This document shows, piece by piece, positions 35,839 to 46,472 of a DNA stretch of 64,000 nucleotides. The position numbers and the translations under genes were made by a program. The stretch is from Myxococcota bacterium (GTDB lineage Bacteria; Myxococcota_A; UBA796; CAJQPC01). The stretch covers positions 32,001 to 96,000 of the forward strand of contig DASCPX010000127.1 in NCBI GenBank assembly GCA_036012755.1. Reading direction: 5' to 3'. A model generated the notes under the pieces. It did not search any database, was not told where the DNA came from, and saw only the letters and a program-made list of their open reading frames with translations. The stretch's first letter is position 1; the number at the start of each line of letters is the position of its first letter.

Positions 35839-38333
35839 CAGGCGACCACGACCTCGACGCCCGCATGCAGGCGCTCCGACAACGCTCGTCGCACGTCCTC
35901 TGCGCTGAGGGCCCGAATCTCGGCGGCGACCTGTTCGCGCGCGGCCACCGCGTCGAGGCCGTAGCGCTCCCAGTACGCCAGCTCCATGGCCCTGCTCTCC
36001 GAGCGCTGGCGGTACATGTCCATGCCGCCGAGGACCACCCTCTTGCTCCGCGCGAGCTCCTCGGCCGTCGGCCCGACCTCGCTGAGCTCGCCGATGACCT
36101 GGCGCAAGCCGCTCACGCCCTCGTCGACACGCCGCGGGTCCAGTCCCATCCCGGCACAGAACAGCCCGGTGTCGATGCCGTCGACCGAGTCGGCGTGGAC
36201 CCCATAGGCGAGCCCGCGCCGATCGCGGAGCTCCAGGAAGAGCCGTCCCCCCTGACCCGCGAGGATCGACGCCGCCAGGTTCAGCGCCGCCGCATCGGGG
36301 GTGCCGAAGCACGCGCCGCGCCAGGCGAGCACGATCGCGGCCTGCTCCCGGTCCGACTCGATGTCTTCTGCCTCGTCCGCGCTCGGCCACACCGGAGCAC
36401 AGCGATCCGGCAGCGCGGCAGGTCCACTCGCCAGCCCCCGCAACCCCTTGTTCAGCAGCCGCATCACCTCGGCCGGCTCTACCGTGCCGACCACCGCGAA
36501 GACGAGGTTCTCCCCCGAGACGAGCTCGCGATGCATGCGCCGGACGCTCGCGACGCCGAGGCGGGCGAGCCCCTCGAGCGAGCCCCCTTCTGGCAGGGCG
36601 TAGGGGTGGCCGCCGAAGAGAAGTCGGCACGCAGCGTGCCAGGCCAGGGTGCCCGGCTCGTCGACGACCAGCGCGGCGGCCTCGCGCAGCTCCGCCCGAG
36701 CCCGAACGACCTCGTCCCGGGGAAACGTCGGAGCCCGGAGCAGCCCACAGCACACCCGCGCGGCGTCATCGAAGCGCTCGGCGGGGAACTCGGTGCGGAG
36801 TCCGAAGCTGTTCATGCCGGCGACTCCACCGAGCGCACCGCCCCGAGCATCGAGGAACGCCGCCAGCTCCGCCACGTCGAGGTCCTCCAGGCCGACGCTG
36901 CGGGCCCAGAGCGAGGTGAGCCCGCAAGTCGTGGGGCCCTCGGCCAGCAGACCTCCGAGCCCGCAGACCCTGAGCGCCACGACCCCGGAGTGCTCCAGCG
37001 GCTCGATGAGCACGGTGGCCCCGCAGTCCAGGGTCTCGCGGAGAATGCTCGGAGGGCGCTTGGGTGGCGCAATGCGGGGGAAGGCGAGCGCCTGCCGGAA
37101 GCTGGCTGCGTCCAGCTCCCCCGATGGCACCAGGCCCCCAGCGACCATCGAGCCAGGCCGGATTCGCTCCGCGGCGACGCGCCGCAGGTCCCGGGTGGTG
37201 ACGGCCTCGAGCTTCGCTTGTGCCCGGGTGTGGCCTTCCGGATCTCCGCTCCGCATCGTGTGCCAGGCCCGTGAGTGGGCGCGGCCATCGACGGTCTCCT
37301 GCACGAAGACGCGCCCGCTCAGGAGCTGGGTCCGGGAACGATGGAGGTTCCCGAAGCCCAGGTGTCGACCCCCGGCGACCTCGGCGAGGACCCTGGCCGC
37401 CTCGCGCAGACAGGCCTCCGTCTGTCCCCTGAGCGGCGAGAAGCCCACCAGGAAGGAGCCATCGTCGGGCTCCTGCTCGCTGGCGCACCAGGTCTCGGTG
37501 GCCAGGCTGGCGAGCTGCAGACGCTGGCCGAGCAGCGACCCCGGCGAGCCGGCCAGGATGCCCACCAGCAGGTCCAGGACCGGTGCGTCCGGGTGATCCC
37601 GCGGGACCCCTCGAAAGGCGAGCTCGATCATCGGCTCGTCGAAGCGGCCGAAGAGCAGGACCGTGCGCCGCCGCCGCTGCTCGGGCTCGACCGGACGAGG
37701 GGGCTTGTCGATCGCGGACACGGCCCCAGGGAACAGGCGCCCGGCGGTCTCCAGGACGTCCTCTTCCGAGACAGGCCCCGCCACGCTCAGGAGCATGTTC
37801 GCGGGGCGGTACCACCGGGCGTGGAAGGCCCGGGCGTCCGCAGAGCGCAGGCGCCTGAGCTCTGCCACCTTGCCGATGACCGGTCGCCCGTATGGATGGA
37901 CCCTGAACAACGCAGCGCTGACCCCATCGGCCAGCGCCCGGGCGGCGTCGTCGTCGCCGCCGCGGATCTCGTCGAGGATCACCTCCCGCTCCAGCTCGAA
38001 CTCGTCGTCGTCGAAGAGCGGCTCGACGGCCATGTCGGCGAGCACATCGATGGTCTCGGCCCAGGCGCTCGCAGGCACCGTCGCGTGGACCACCGTGTGA
38101 TCGTGCCCGGTGTAGGCGTTGACATGCCCCCCGTGGCCCTCGATCTCCAGCGCGACCTCGCCGACGGAACGACGCGCGGTCCCCTTGAAGAGCATGTGCT
38201 CGACGAAGTGCGCAGCGCCACGCTCGTTGTCGCGCTCGTCCGCACTGCCCGCGTCGATCCACAAGTAGATCGCCGCGACCGGCGACGGGACGGTCTCGAC
38301 GAGGACGCGCAAGCCGGAGGGGGTCTCGAGCAC
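35838..38333 (-). CDS. M16 family zinc peptidase (pitrilysin-like)
   Basis: GAAHFVEHMLFKGT (HxxEH), NAYT, HPYGRPVIG, RLFLELRDRRGLAY. Confidence 0.95.
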   Translation of the reverse strand: MLETPSGLRVLVETVPSPVAAIYLWIDAGSADERDNERGAAHFVEHMLFKGTARRSVGEVALEIEGHGGHVNAYTGHDHTVVHATVPASAWAETIDVLADMAVEPLFDDDEFELEREVILDEIRGGDDDAARALADGVSAALFRVHPYGRPVIGKVAELRRLRSADARAFHARWYRPANMLLSVAGPVSEEDVLETAGRLFPGAVSAIDKPPRPVEPEQRRRRTVLLFGRFDEPMIELAFRGVPRDHPDAPVLDLLVGILAGSPGSLLGQRLQLASLATETWCASEQEPDDGSFLVGFSPLRGQTEACLREAARVLAEVAGGRHLGFGNLHRSRTQLLSGRVFVQETVDGRAHSRAWHTMRSGDPEGHTRAQAKLEAVTTRDLRRVAAERIRPGSMVAGGLVPSGELDAASFRQALAFPRIAPPKRPPSILRETLDCGATVLIEPLEHSGVVALRVCGLGGLLAEGPTTCGLTSLWARSVGLEDLDVAELAAFLDARGGALGGVAGMNSFGLRTEFPAERFDDAARVCCGLLRAPTFPRDEVVRARAELREAAALVVDEPGTLAWHAACRLLFGGHPYALPEGGSLEGLARLGVASVRRMHRELVSGENLVFAVVGTVEPAEVMRLLNKGLRGLASGPAALPDRCAPVWPSADEAEDIESDREQAAIVLAWRGACFGTPDAAALNLAASILAGQGGRLFLELRDRRGLAYGVHADSVDGIDTGLFCAGMGLDPRRVDEGVSGLRQVIGELSEVGPTAEELARSKRVVLGGMDMYRQRSESRAMELAYWERYGLDAVAAREQVAAEIRALSAEDVRRALSERLHAGVEVVVA

Positions 38334-38356
38334 AGCCCGCCGCTATAACCAAGCGG

Positions 38357-39424
38357 ATGAGCCGATACGGCGTCTACGTCCACCTCCCCTGGTGCGCTCG
38401 GCGCTGCCACTACTGCAGCTTCAACGTCCACGTCGACCCCAGTAGGGACGAGGAGGCCTACACCGAGGCGGTCCTGAGGCAGTGGGAGACGCTCCGTGAG
38501 CACTTCTCCGGGCCCCCCGAGACCCTCGCCTTCGGTGGGGGAACCCCGAGCCTCCATCCGCCGCGGCTCCTCGGGCGGCTGGTGGACGCCATCGCACCTG
38601 CCGGCGAGATCAGCCTGGAGGCCAACCCCGAGTCGATGAACACCGATGCGTGGCTGGCGCTCGGGATCACGCGGGTCTCGCTGGGGGTGCAGACCTTCGA
38701 CCCGCGGCAGGTGCGCTTCCTGAACCGCCACCGCCCCGAACATGCACAGCGGGCGCTGGAGGCGGTCAAGCGCTTCCCGACCTGGTCGGTGGACCTCATC
38801 TTCGGGCTCCCCGACCAGGAACTCGGCGATCTCGACGTGGAGCTCGACAGGTTGCTGGCGCACGATCCACCGCACGCGAGCCTCTACGGCCTGACGGTGC
38901 ACCCCGGGACCGCGTTCTCCGCCGCCGTCGCCCGGGGCCAGCTCCAGCCGGCCGGAGACGATCGCTACGTCGACCTCTATGAGCGAGCCGCAGAGCGCCT
39001 CGAGGACGCGGGGCTCGCTCGGTACGAGGTCTCCAACTTCGCTCGGGTGGGCCACCGCTCCGCGCACAACCTCCACTACTGGACGATGAGGCCCTACGCG
39101 GGGCTGGGGGCTGGAGCCCACGGTCTCCTCCCAGACGGCAGGCGCACGGTGGGCACGGCGGACCCACGGGCCTTCATCGCGGACCCGTTGGACATGCTCG
39201 TCGAGACGCCCACACCGGACCAGGTCGCCGTCGATCAGCTGCTGTCCTGCATTCGCCTCAGGGAAGGCACCTCGAGCGCAAACTTCGACGAGGCGGTCCT
39301 CGCCGAGCTCGCGGCGGCTGGACTGGTGGCTGTGGACTCCCACGTCCGGCTGGTCGGCCCCGGCTGGGCTCTCGCGGACGCCGTGACGAGGCGATTGGCG
39401 TCCGCAATAGTGGAGCCGTCTTGA
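38357..39424 (+). CDS. hemW: Radical SAM heme chaperone HemW
   Basis: YVHLPWCARRCHYCSF, GGGTPS, YEVSNFA, HNLHYW; upstream of grpE-dnaK-dnaJ. Confidence 0.9.
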   Translation: MSRYGVYVHLPWCARRCHYCSFNVHVDPSRDEEAYTEAVLRQWETLREHFSGPPETLAFGGGTPSLHPPRLLGRLVDAIAPAGEISLEANPESMNTDAWLALGITRVSLGVQTFDPRQVRFLNRHRPEHAQRALEAVKRFPTWSVDLIFGLPDQELGDLDVELDRLLAHDPPHASLYGLTVHPGTAFSAAVARGQLQPAGDDRYVDLYERAAERLEDAGLARYEVSNFARVGHRSAHNLHYWTMRPYAGLGAGAHGLLPDGRRTVGTADPRAFIADPLDMLVETPTPDQVAVDQLLSCIRLREGTSSANFDEAVLAELAAAGLVAVDSHVRLVGPGWALADAVTRRLASAIVEPS

Positions 39425-39477
39425 CCTGATCGTGCCTGCCCGCAATCATTCGGTCTTCGCGGAGAGTTCGACGAGCC

Positions 39478-40557
39478 GTGTCCGGCGACGACAAGCAAGA
39501 AAAGGCGGAGGACTTCTCGCTGAACCTCAGCGAGAACCTGCTCGCAGCAGCTGTGGAAGCCGTCGAGAAACGAATGGGCAAGGAAGGCGACGACGAAGAC
39601 GGGGAGACCCTCGACGTCGAACTCACCGAGAGCGAGGGCGATGACGAAGTCGACATCGACATCGACATCGACGCGGAGGACTCCCTGGATCTGGAGGCCG
39701 CCGTGAGCGCGGCAGCCACGAGCGCAGAGACCTTCGAGGAAGAAGAGGACGAGGACGTCGAGGACGTCGAGGACGAGGACTCCGAGCACCTCGTCGACGC
39801 AGAGCGGCTCCAGATGCTCGCACAGCTGGAGAGCCTCGAGGCCGGAAGGGACAGCGCCGTCGCCGCCCTCGAGCACAAGGAAAAGGAGGTCGAGCACCTC
39901 CGCAGCGTCGCCGAGAAGCTGCAGGCCGAGATCGGCCGCGTCAAGGAGCTCAACCTCAAGATGAGCGTCCGCAGGAAGCGGATGAAGGAGGGCTACGAGC
40001 GCCAACGGATACGCCACGAGGACGCCCTGGCGACGGTCCGAAAGTGGGAGGAGCTGCTGGGAGCCGCCCGCGGGACCATTCGCGCCCAGGAGGACGAGCA
40101 GCATCGAACGCGCCTCAGGCATCAGCGCGAGATCGAGGAGACGAAGATCTTCGGAAACGAGGGCTTCTTCCGCGAGCTCCTGCCCGTGCTCGATCACATG
40201 GACCTCGCGCTGGCCCATGCCGACGACACGCCTCCTCAGAAGATGGTCGAGGGCGTGAACATGATCTACGCCCAACTGAAGGGCATGCTGCACCGAATGG
40301 GCCTCCAGAAGGTCGATCCGAAGCGCGGCGACCCCTTCGATCCGAAGGTGCACGAAGCGATGACGCACCTGGTGTGCGAGGATCTCGAGGCTGGAGCGGT
40401 CGTCGAGGCCCTCCAGACCGGGTTCCTCCTGCGGGACCGACTCATCCGCGCAGCCAGGGTCAGTGTGTCCAGCGGAACCGGTCTGGATGAAGAGCCGGTC
40501 GTACTTCAGAGCGAGGTCTCAGACACGGATGTCGAAGCCCACGCGAACGAGGAGTAG
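39478..40557 (+). CDS. grpE: Nucleotide exchange factor GrpE with long acidic/coiled-coil N-terminus
   Basis: LLPVLDHMDLAL, FDPKVHEAM, GFLLRDRLIRAARVSVS. Confidence 0.9.
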   Translation: MSGDDKQEKAEDFSLNLSENLLAAAVEAVEKRMGKEGDDEDGETLDVELTESEGDDEVDIDIDIDAEDSLDLEAAVSAAATSAETFEEEEDEDVEDVEDEDSEHLVDAERLQMLAQLESLEAGRDSAVAALEHKEKEVEHLRSVAEKLQAEIGRVKELNLKMSVRRKRMKEGYERQRIRHEDALATVRKWEELLGAARGTIRAQEDEQHRTRLRHQREIEETKIFGNEGFFRELLPVLDHMDLALAHADDTPPQKMVEGVNMIYAQLKGMLHRMGLQKVDPKRGDPFDPKVHEAMTHLVCEDLEAGAVVEALQTGFLLRDRLIRAARVSVSSGTGLDEEPVVLQSEVSDTDVEAHANEE

Positions 40558-40604
40558 GGCCGGGCGATCTGGTAGTCTCCGGGGCGTTTCACATCGGGGA
40601 GAAC

Positions 40605-42500
40605 ATGTCCAAGGTCATCGGGATCGATCTCGGTACCACCAACTCCTGCGTCGCCATCATGGAGGACGGCGAGCCGCTCGTCATCCCGAACGAGGAGGGT
40701 TCCCGGACCACTCCATCGGTGGTGGCGTTCACCCGCGACGGTGAGCGGCTCGTGGGCCAGGTGGCCCGTCGCCAGGCGGTGACCAACCCGGAGCGCACCT
40801 TCTTCGCGGCGAAGCGCCTCATCGGACGACGCTTCGACGACGACAGCATCGCCCACTCATCCGGCCTGGTCCCCTACACCATCGTCGAGGCCGAAAACGG
40901 CGACGCCTGGGTGTCGACGGGTGACCAGAGCCTCTCCCCTCCCCAGATCTCCGCGATCGTGCTGGAGAAGATGAAGGCGACAGCGGAGGCCTACCTCGGA
41001 GAGCGCGTCGAGCGCGCCATCATCACCGTCCCCGCCTACTTCAACGACTCCCAGCGACAGGCCACCAAAGACGCCGGGCGAATCGCCGGCCTGGAGGTCG
41101 AGCGGATCATCAACGAGCCCACAGCCGCAGCGCTGGCCTACGGACTGGACAAGGACCAGGACCTGACCATCGCCGTCTTCGACCTCGGCGGGGGCACATT
41201 CGATATCTCGATCCTGCAGATCGAAGGAGGCGTCTTCGAGGTCAAGGCGACCAACGGCGACACCTTCCTCGGCGGCGAGGACTGGGACAACAACATCGTC
41301 GAGGCCCTGCTGGAGGCTTTCGAAGAGCGCAACGGCATCGACCTGTCAGAGGACGTCGTCGCCATGCAGCGCCTCAAGGAGGCAGCGGAGAAGGCCAAGT
41401 GCGAGCTGTCCTCGTCAGAGGACACAGACGTCAACCTCCCCTTCATCGCGACCGGCCCCAACGGCCCGGTCCACCTCATGTACAACCTCACGAGAGGGAA
41501 GCTGGAGGAGATCTGCGAGCAGCTCGTCGAGCGCCTCGACGCTCCGGTCAAGATGGCGATGCAGGACGCCAACTTCGACACCACCGACCTCGACGCCGTC
41601 GTGCTCGTCGGCGGTATGACGCGGATGCCTCGGGTCCGCAGCAAGGTCGAGGAGCTCCTCGGCAGGCCCCCAGAAGAGGGTGTCAACGCGGACGAAGTCG
41701 TCGCCGTCGGAGCGGCCATCCAGGCCTCCGTGCTCACGGGCGAGGTCAAGGACATCCTGCTCCTCGACGTCACCCCGCTCACGCTGGGCATCGAAGTCGC
41801 CGGCGGCCTGGTCGAGCCGATCATCGAGCGGAACACGACGATCCCATGCCGCAAGTCGAAGATCTTCACGACCGCCATGGACAACCAGGACCTCGTGCGT
41901 GTCCACGTCACCCAGGGCGAGCGCGACATGGCGGAGGACAACCGCTCCCTCGGTCGGATGGAGATGTTCGGCATCCCGCCTTCGCCCCGCGGGCTCCCCG
42001 AGATCGAGGTCAGCTTCGAGATCGACGCCAACGGCATCATGAGTGTGCGCGCCAAGGACCTCGGCACGGGACAAGCCCAGTCGATGCGCATCGTCAGCTC
42101 CTCGGGGCTGTCCGACACCGAGATCCAGAAGACGCTCTCGGAGGCGGACACCTACAGGGAGCAAGACGCCGAGCGGCGCGACATCGCGGAAGCGAAGAAC
42201 ACCCTCGACGGGCTCATCTACACGACCCGCAGATCCCTCGACGAGTACGGTGGCGGCCTCTCTGTCGAGGACCGGGACCACATCAAGGAGACCATCGCAT
42301 ACGCCGAGCAGTGCATAGACGCGAGCGACATCGAGGTCGTGCAGGACGCCCATGACCGCCTGGCTCTCGCGGCCCAGCGCCTCGCGGAGTCCATCTACGA
42401 GGCTGCCCACGAGGGCCTCGACGAGGAGCTCAGCGAATCCTTCGACGAATCCTGGGACGAGGACGAGGACGATCTGTTCGACGAGGACCTCGGCCTGTAG
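40605..42500 (+). CDS. dnaK: Chaperone DnaK
   Basis: [43 protein letters not shown], intact lid. Confidence 0.97.
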   Translation: MSKVIGIDLGTTNSCVAIMEDGEPLVIPNEEGSRTTPSVVAFTRDGERLVGQVARRQAVTNPERTFFAAKRLIGRRFDDDSIAHSSGLVPYTIVEAENGDAWVSTGDQSLSPPQISAIVLEKMKATAEAYLGERVERAIITVPAYFNDSQRQATKDAGRIAGLEVERIINEPTAAALAYGLDKDQDLTIAVFDLGGGTFDISILQIEGGVFEVKATNGDTFLGGEDWDNNIVEALLEAFEERNGIDLSEDVVAMQRLKEAAEKAKCELSSSEDTDVNLPFIATGPNGPVHLMYNLTRGKLEEICEQLVERLDAPVKMAMQDANFDTTDLDAVVLVGGMTRMPRVRSKVEELLGRPPEEGVNADEVVAVGAAIQASVLTGEVKDILLLDVTPLTLGIEVAGGLVEPIIERNTTIPCRKSKIFTTAMDNQDLVRVHVTQGERDMAEDNRSLGRMEMFGIPPSPRGLPEIEVSFEIDANGIMSVRAKDLGTGQAQSMRIVSSSGLSDTEIQKTLSEADTYREQDAERRDIAEAKNTLDGLIYTTRRSLDEYGGGLSVEDRDHIKETIAYAEQCIDASDIEVVQDAHDRLALAAQRLAESIYEAAHEGLDEELSESFDESWDEDEDDLFDEDLGL

Positions 42501-42543
42501 TCCCGAAATGGTCGGCCGTGCTCAGGGGTATTAGCTCCAGGAC

Positions 42544-43617
42544 ATGGCCAGATCCGACTACTACAACGTCCTCGGCGTCCGGAAGACCGCCGACCAGGAC
42601 GAGCTGAAGCGGGCGTACCGCGCGCTCGCGATGAAATACCACCCGGACCGCAACCCCGACGACGTCGAGGCGGAGCGGCGCTTCCACCAGATCTCGGAAG
42701 CCTGGGAGGTGCTCGGCGATCCCCAGAAGCGGGCCCAGTACGACCGCTTGGGGCCGTTCTACAAACCCAACGGCCAGCCCCCGACACCCGACGAGCTGGG
42801 CGAGTACCTCTCCGACGCCATCGGCGGGATCTTCGGCCGAAGCAAGAACAACCAGCCTGGCGACGACCTTCGCTTCACGCTCGTCGTAGAGCTCGAAGAG
42901 GTGCTCACCGGCGTCGAGAAAGAGATCAACGTCCCCCGCCAGGCCACCTGCACCCGCTGCGGCGGAGTTGGAGCCGACCCGGACGGCGGGCGTCGGGACT
43001 GCGAGCCCTGCGAGGGCACGGGAAAGGCCACCGGACGCCGGCTGTTCCGCCAGAGCTGCGCCCGCTGCGATGGACGTGGCTGGGTGATCGTGAAGAAGTG
43101 CACGGCCTGTGCCGGGACCTGCCGCGCCGGCAGCGAGGAGCGCCTCAAGGTGAAGGTGCCAAGGGGAGTCGCGACCGGCCAGAAGCTGAAGGTGCGCGCG
43201 AAGGGCAACGATGGCCTCGGGGACGGCGCTCCGGGGGACCTCTACGTGATCGTGAACGTGGCCGATCATCCCCTCTTCGGTCGCCGCGGTCCCGATCTCA
43301 CGTGCGAGCTCCCGATCACCTTCAACGAGGCTGCCCTCGGCGCCGAGGTCAGGGTGCCCACGATCGAGGGCACCACGACCATCCGCATCCCGCCGGGGAC
43401 CTCCAGCGGGAAGATCCTGCGCCTGTCGGGCCAGGGACTCCCGCTGCCGAAGAAGAAGGAGGGGCGCGGGGACCTGCATCTGCAGGTCGTCGTGGAGATC
43501 CCCGCCGCCTTGTCGCCGGAGCAGAAGGCCGCTCTGGAGCGCTTCGCCGAGCTGACCGGCGCAGAGGCCCACCCTCGCCGCGCAGACTTCGACCGAGCCG
43601 TCGACTCGAGGGGTTAG
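42544..43617 (+). CDS. dnaJ: Chaperone DnaJ
   Basis: J domain with HPD, four CxxCxG repeats, C-terminal domain. Confidence 0.93.
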   Translation: MARSDYYNVLGVRKTADQDELKRAYRALAMKYHPDRNPDDVEAERRFHQISEAWEVLGDPQKRAQYDRLGPFYKPNGQPPTPDELGEYLSDAIGGIFGRSKNNQPGDDLRFTLVVELEEVLTGVEKEINVPRQATCTRCGGVGADPDGGRRDCEPCEGTGKATGRRLFRQSCARCDGRGWVIVKKCTACAGTCRAGSEERLKVKVPRGVATGQKLKVRAKGNDGLGDGAPGDLYVIVNVADHPLFGRRGPDLTCELPITFNEAALGAEVRVPTIEGTTTIRIPPGTSSGKILRLSGQGLPLPKKKEGRGDLHLQVVVEIPAALSPEQKAALERFAELTGAEAHPRRADFDRAVDSRG

Positions 43618-43626
43618 GTCCCCATC

Positions 43627-45555
43627 ATGACGCTGCTATTGCTGGTGTTGTTGTCCGCCCACGCAGGCCTCTTGAAGGGCCGCGACGCGCCCCCGCCGGA
43701 CCCGGCCATCGTGCTCCAGGCGCGCACCCTGGCCCAGGACGACAGGGTCGAGGCCATCGCCATCCTGGAGGACTACCTGGCCCAGGGAGCCGACCCGGCC
43801 ATCCTGCCCAACGTGGCACTGGAAGCTGGCGAGCAGCGTCGCCTCGCCGGGGATCCCAACGCCGCGCGCGAACACTTCGAGCGCATCGGTCGCACCTGGC
43901 CCAACACGCCCTCCCACGAAGGCGCCAGGCTCGGGCTCGCCCTGTTGGCCTACGAGACCGGCAAGGCCAGCGGAAACAGCGCGGCGACGCTGGAGCTGAC
44001 CGCAGACAGCGCAGCCCCGGCCACGATGAACGCGGACCGCTACCGGCTGCGCGCGCTCGCTGCATCGAGCGAAGGCGCCGACCCCGCCCTCGTCGAGGAC
44101 ATGGTGTTCAGGGCGGTCGAGTATGCCCGAGACGACAAGGCGGTGCTGGGGCGGGTGAACCGGACGCTGGCTCACCTGCTGCCGGAGGACACACCGCAGA
44201 TCGAGGGCGCAGACGATGCTGCCGATGTCGCCGCGCTGGACCGAGCCCGGGCGGCGCTCGACGCAGATGACTACGACCTGGCCATCGAGACAGCGGAGGC
44301 CGTGCTCGCGACCTTCCCAGACAGCGAGTTCGTGAAGGACGCGGAGTGGATAGAGAAGCGAGCGCGAGCGCGCGACCCCTACCAGCCGCTGAAGATCGGC
44401 GTCCTGTTGCCCTTGACCGGGACCTACGCCCCCCCAGGAAAGCAGGTCAAGCAGTCGCTCGAGCTCAGCGTGGGCCGTGGCGGAGGAGGCGTCGTCCTCA
44501 TCTTCCGCGACACGGAGGGCGACGCCGAAAAGGCGGTCGAGGGCTTCGAGGACCTGGTCCTACGGGAGGGCTGCGCGGCGGTCATCGGCCCACTGCTGGC
44601 CGACACCAGCTTCCCTGTCGCCATCGAAGCGCAGGCCGCGGGGGTTCCGCTGATCACGATGACCCAGTCCCCCGGGGTCACGGAGACCGGCACCTGGATC
44701 TACCGCGGCATGGTCACGATCGAGCAACAGGTCGACTCCCTGCTCGACGAGGTCATGAGCGAGCAGGGCATGACCAGCTTCGCCATCCTCGCCCCCGACA
44801 GCGACTACGGGCGGCTGGCGCGGGACGAGTTCTTGAAGCAGGCGATGGAGCGAGGCGGGACCGTCCACGTCGTCCAGCTCTACGACCCCGCCGCGACGGA
44901 CTTCCGCAAGGACGCCTCGGCGCTCGGAGCGAAGGACTACGAGGCCCGGAAGGGTGAGCTCTACCGCCTGCGGCGACAGGCCGAGGAGCGAGGCGAGGAT
45001 CCTTCCAAGGTCGTGCTGCCACCGAAGATGGACTACGACGCCATCTTCGTCCCCGACAGCTACGGACGGGTGGCGCTGGTGGCCTCTGCGCTGGCCTACG
45101 AGGAGTTCCCGGTCGGGAACTTCCAGCCCAGACGCGGCATGGAGAACATCCCGCTGTTGGGCCTGTCCGGCTGGCACAACGATGAGCTCTTCACCCGCGG
45201 CGGCCTCTACGTGCAGAGCTCGGTCTTCGTCGACGCCTACACCCTGCGGGATCCGGCGCTCCAGGGTTTCCACCTCGAGTTCCGAGCGGACACGGGTCGC
45301 TCACCCAACGTGCTCGACGCCATCGCCTACGACACCGGCCGGCTCGTGAGCGTGGCGTCTCGAAGCCAGCCCGACAGTCGCGAGGCCTTCCGCAACACGC
45401 TCTCGGGCGCCGCGCTGTCAGCGCCGGTATCCGCCGGGGGCCGCTTCGACGCCAACCGGGAGATCGTGCGTGACCTCTACGTGCTGACGATCAAGCGGGA
45501 CGCGGGCATCCGCCTGGTGCACCCGATCGAGGAGGAGGTCACTCCCCCAGGTTGA
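43627..45555 (+). CDS. LppC/LpoA-like penicillin-binding protein activator (TPR plus periplasmic binding fold)
   Basis: KIGVLLPLTG, AVIGPL, DYDAIFVPD, LLGLSGW, AIAYDTG. Confidence 0.85.
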   Translation: MTLLLLVLLSAHAGLLKGRDAPPPDPAIVLQARTLAQDDRVEAIAILEDYLAQGADPAILPNVALEAGEQRRLAGDPNAAREHFERIGRTWPNTPSHEGARLGLALLAYETGKASGNSAATLELTADSAAPATMNADRYRLRALAASSEGADPALVEDMVFRAVEYARDDKAVLGRVNRTLAHLLPEDTPQIEGADDAADVAALDRARAALDADDYDLAIETAEAVLATFPDSEFVKDAEWIEKRARARDPYQPLKIGVLLPLTGTYAPPGKQVKQSLELSVGRGGGGVVLIFRDTEGDAEKAVEGFEDLVLREGCAAVIGPLLADTSFPVAIEAQAAGVPLITMTQSPGVTETGTWIYRGMVTIEQQVDSLLDEVMSEQGMTSFAILAPDSDYGRLARDEFLKQAMERGGTVHVVQLYDPAATDFRKDASALGAKDYEARKGELYRLRRQAEERGEDPSKVVLPPKMDYDAIFVPDSYGRVALVASALAYEEFPVGNFQPRRGMENIPLLGLSGWHNDELFTRGGLYVQSSVFVDAYTLRDPALQGFHLEFRADTGRSPNVLDAIAYDTGRLVSVASRSQPDSREAFRNTLSGAALSAPVSAGGRFDANREIVRDLYVLTIKRDAGIRLVHPIEEEVTPPG

Positions 45556-45566
45556 TTCCCGGTAGA

Positions 45567-46472
45567 ATGGCCCTGCAAATGCCCGACGAAGTAGGCGAAT
45601 CCTCAGCCTTGAGTCCAGAGACCGCCGTCATCCGCGCGCTGACGCGGGCGACCGACCAACACGAAGTGGTCGCCGTGGGTCCCGGCGACGACGCCGCCGT
45701 CCTGCAGGATGGGACGGTGCTCTGCGTCGACGCCATGGTCGAGGGGGTCCACTGGGACGAGCGCTTCTCGGCCTCCGACGTTGGCTGGCGGCTCGTGATG
45801 GTGAACGCCTCCGATGTCGCTGCGATGGGGGCGACTCCGACCTGGGCCCTGCTCGCGATCAGCCTGCCTCGGGTCGAGAGGGCCTGGGTCGAGGGCTTCG
45901 GGGACGGCCTGCACGCTGCCCTGGAGGTGCTCGGAGTCCCCCTGCTCGGCGGGGACACGACTCGAGGCGCGACCCCCACCGTCTCGTTGTCCATGGGCGG
46001 CCGCCTCGTCGGGAAGCCCCTGCTGCGCAGCGCCGCCCGCCCCGGCGACCGCATCTGGGTCAGCGGGCGCCTGGGTGATGCCGCAGGGGGCTTTCACGAC
46101 CTCACGGACAAGGCCGCGCTTCTGCGCCCCTCCCCTCCCCTCCACCTGGGCCCGGCGCTGGCCCGGCGCGGCGTCCGCTGCGCCATGGACATCAGCGACG
46201 GCCTCGTAGAGGACCTTGGCCGCCTCTGCACGGCCAGCGATGTGGGAGCCCACCTCGACGCCGCGGCCATTCCTCGCCGGACAGAGGTGCCCCTGGAGCT
46301 CGCCCTCGGCTTCGGCGACGACTACCAGCTGCTCGCCACGAGCGAGCTCGACCTCTCGGACGAGATGAGGTGCATCGGGGAGATCGTGGCGGAGCCCGGC
46401 ATCCGCATGGACGGCGCGGACTGGCCGAAGCCGGCGTGGACGCACTTCGACCAAGCCGGAGCGGCGCGATGA
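45567..46472 (+). CDS. thiL: Thiamine-monophosphate kinase
   Basis: GPGDDAAV, EGVHW, NASDVAAMG, GGDT, MDISDGL, GDDYQL. Start uncertain. Confidence 0.93.
   Translation: MALQMPDEVGESSALSPETAVIRALTRATDQHEVVAVGPGDDAAVLQDGTVLCVDAMVEGVHWDERFSASDVGWRLVMVNASDVAAMGATPTWALLAISLPRVERAWVEGFGDGLHAALEVLGVPLLGGDTTRGATPTVSLSMGGRLVGKPLLRSAARPGDRIWVSGRLGDAAGGFHDLTDKAALLRPSPPLHLGPALARRGVRCAMDISDGLVEDLGRLCTASDVGAHLDAAAIPRRTEVPLELALGFGDDYQLLATSELDLSDEMRCIGEIVAEPGIRMDGADWPKPAWTHFDQAGAAR

Noticed and set aside
35272..36753. Long N-terminal extensions in the ORF track (also 21579, 50315, 60555, 9748, 11267, 20917)
   Set aside because: Extensions overlap upstream genes and have off-frame composition; internal starts with RBS or stop coupling fit better.
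39425..40604. CIRCE or sigma32 elements before grpE and dnaK
   Set aside because: No convincing match found.
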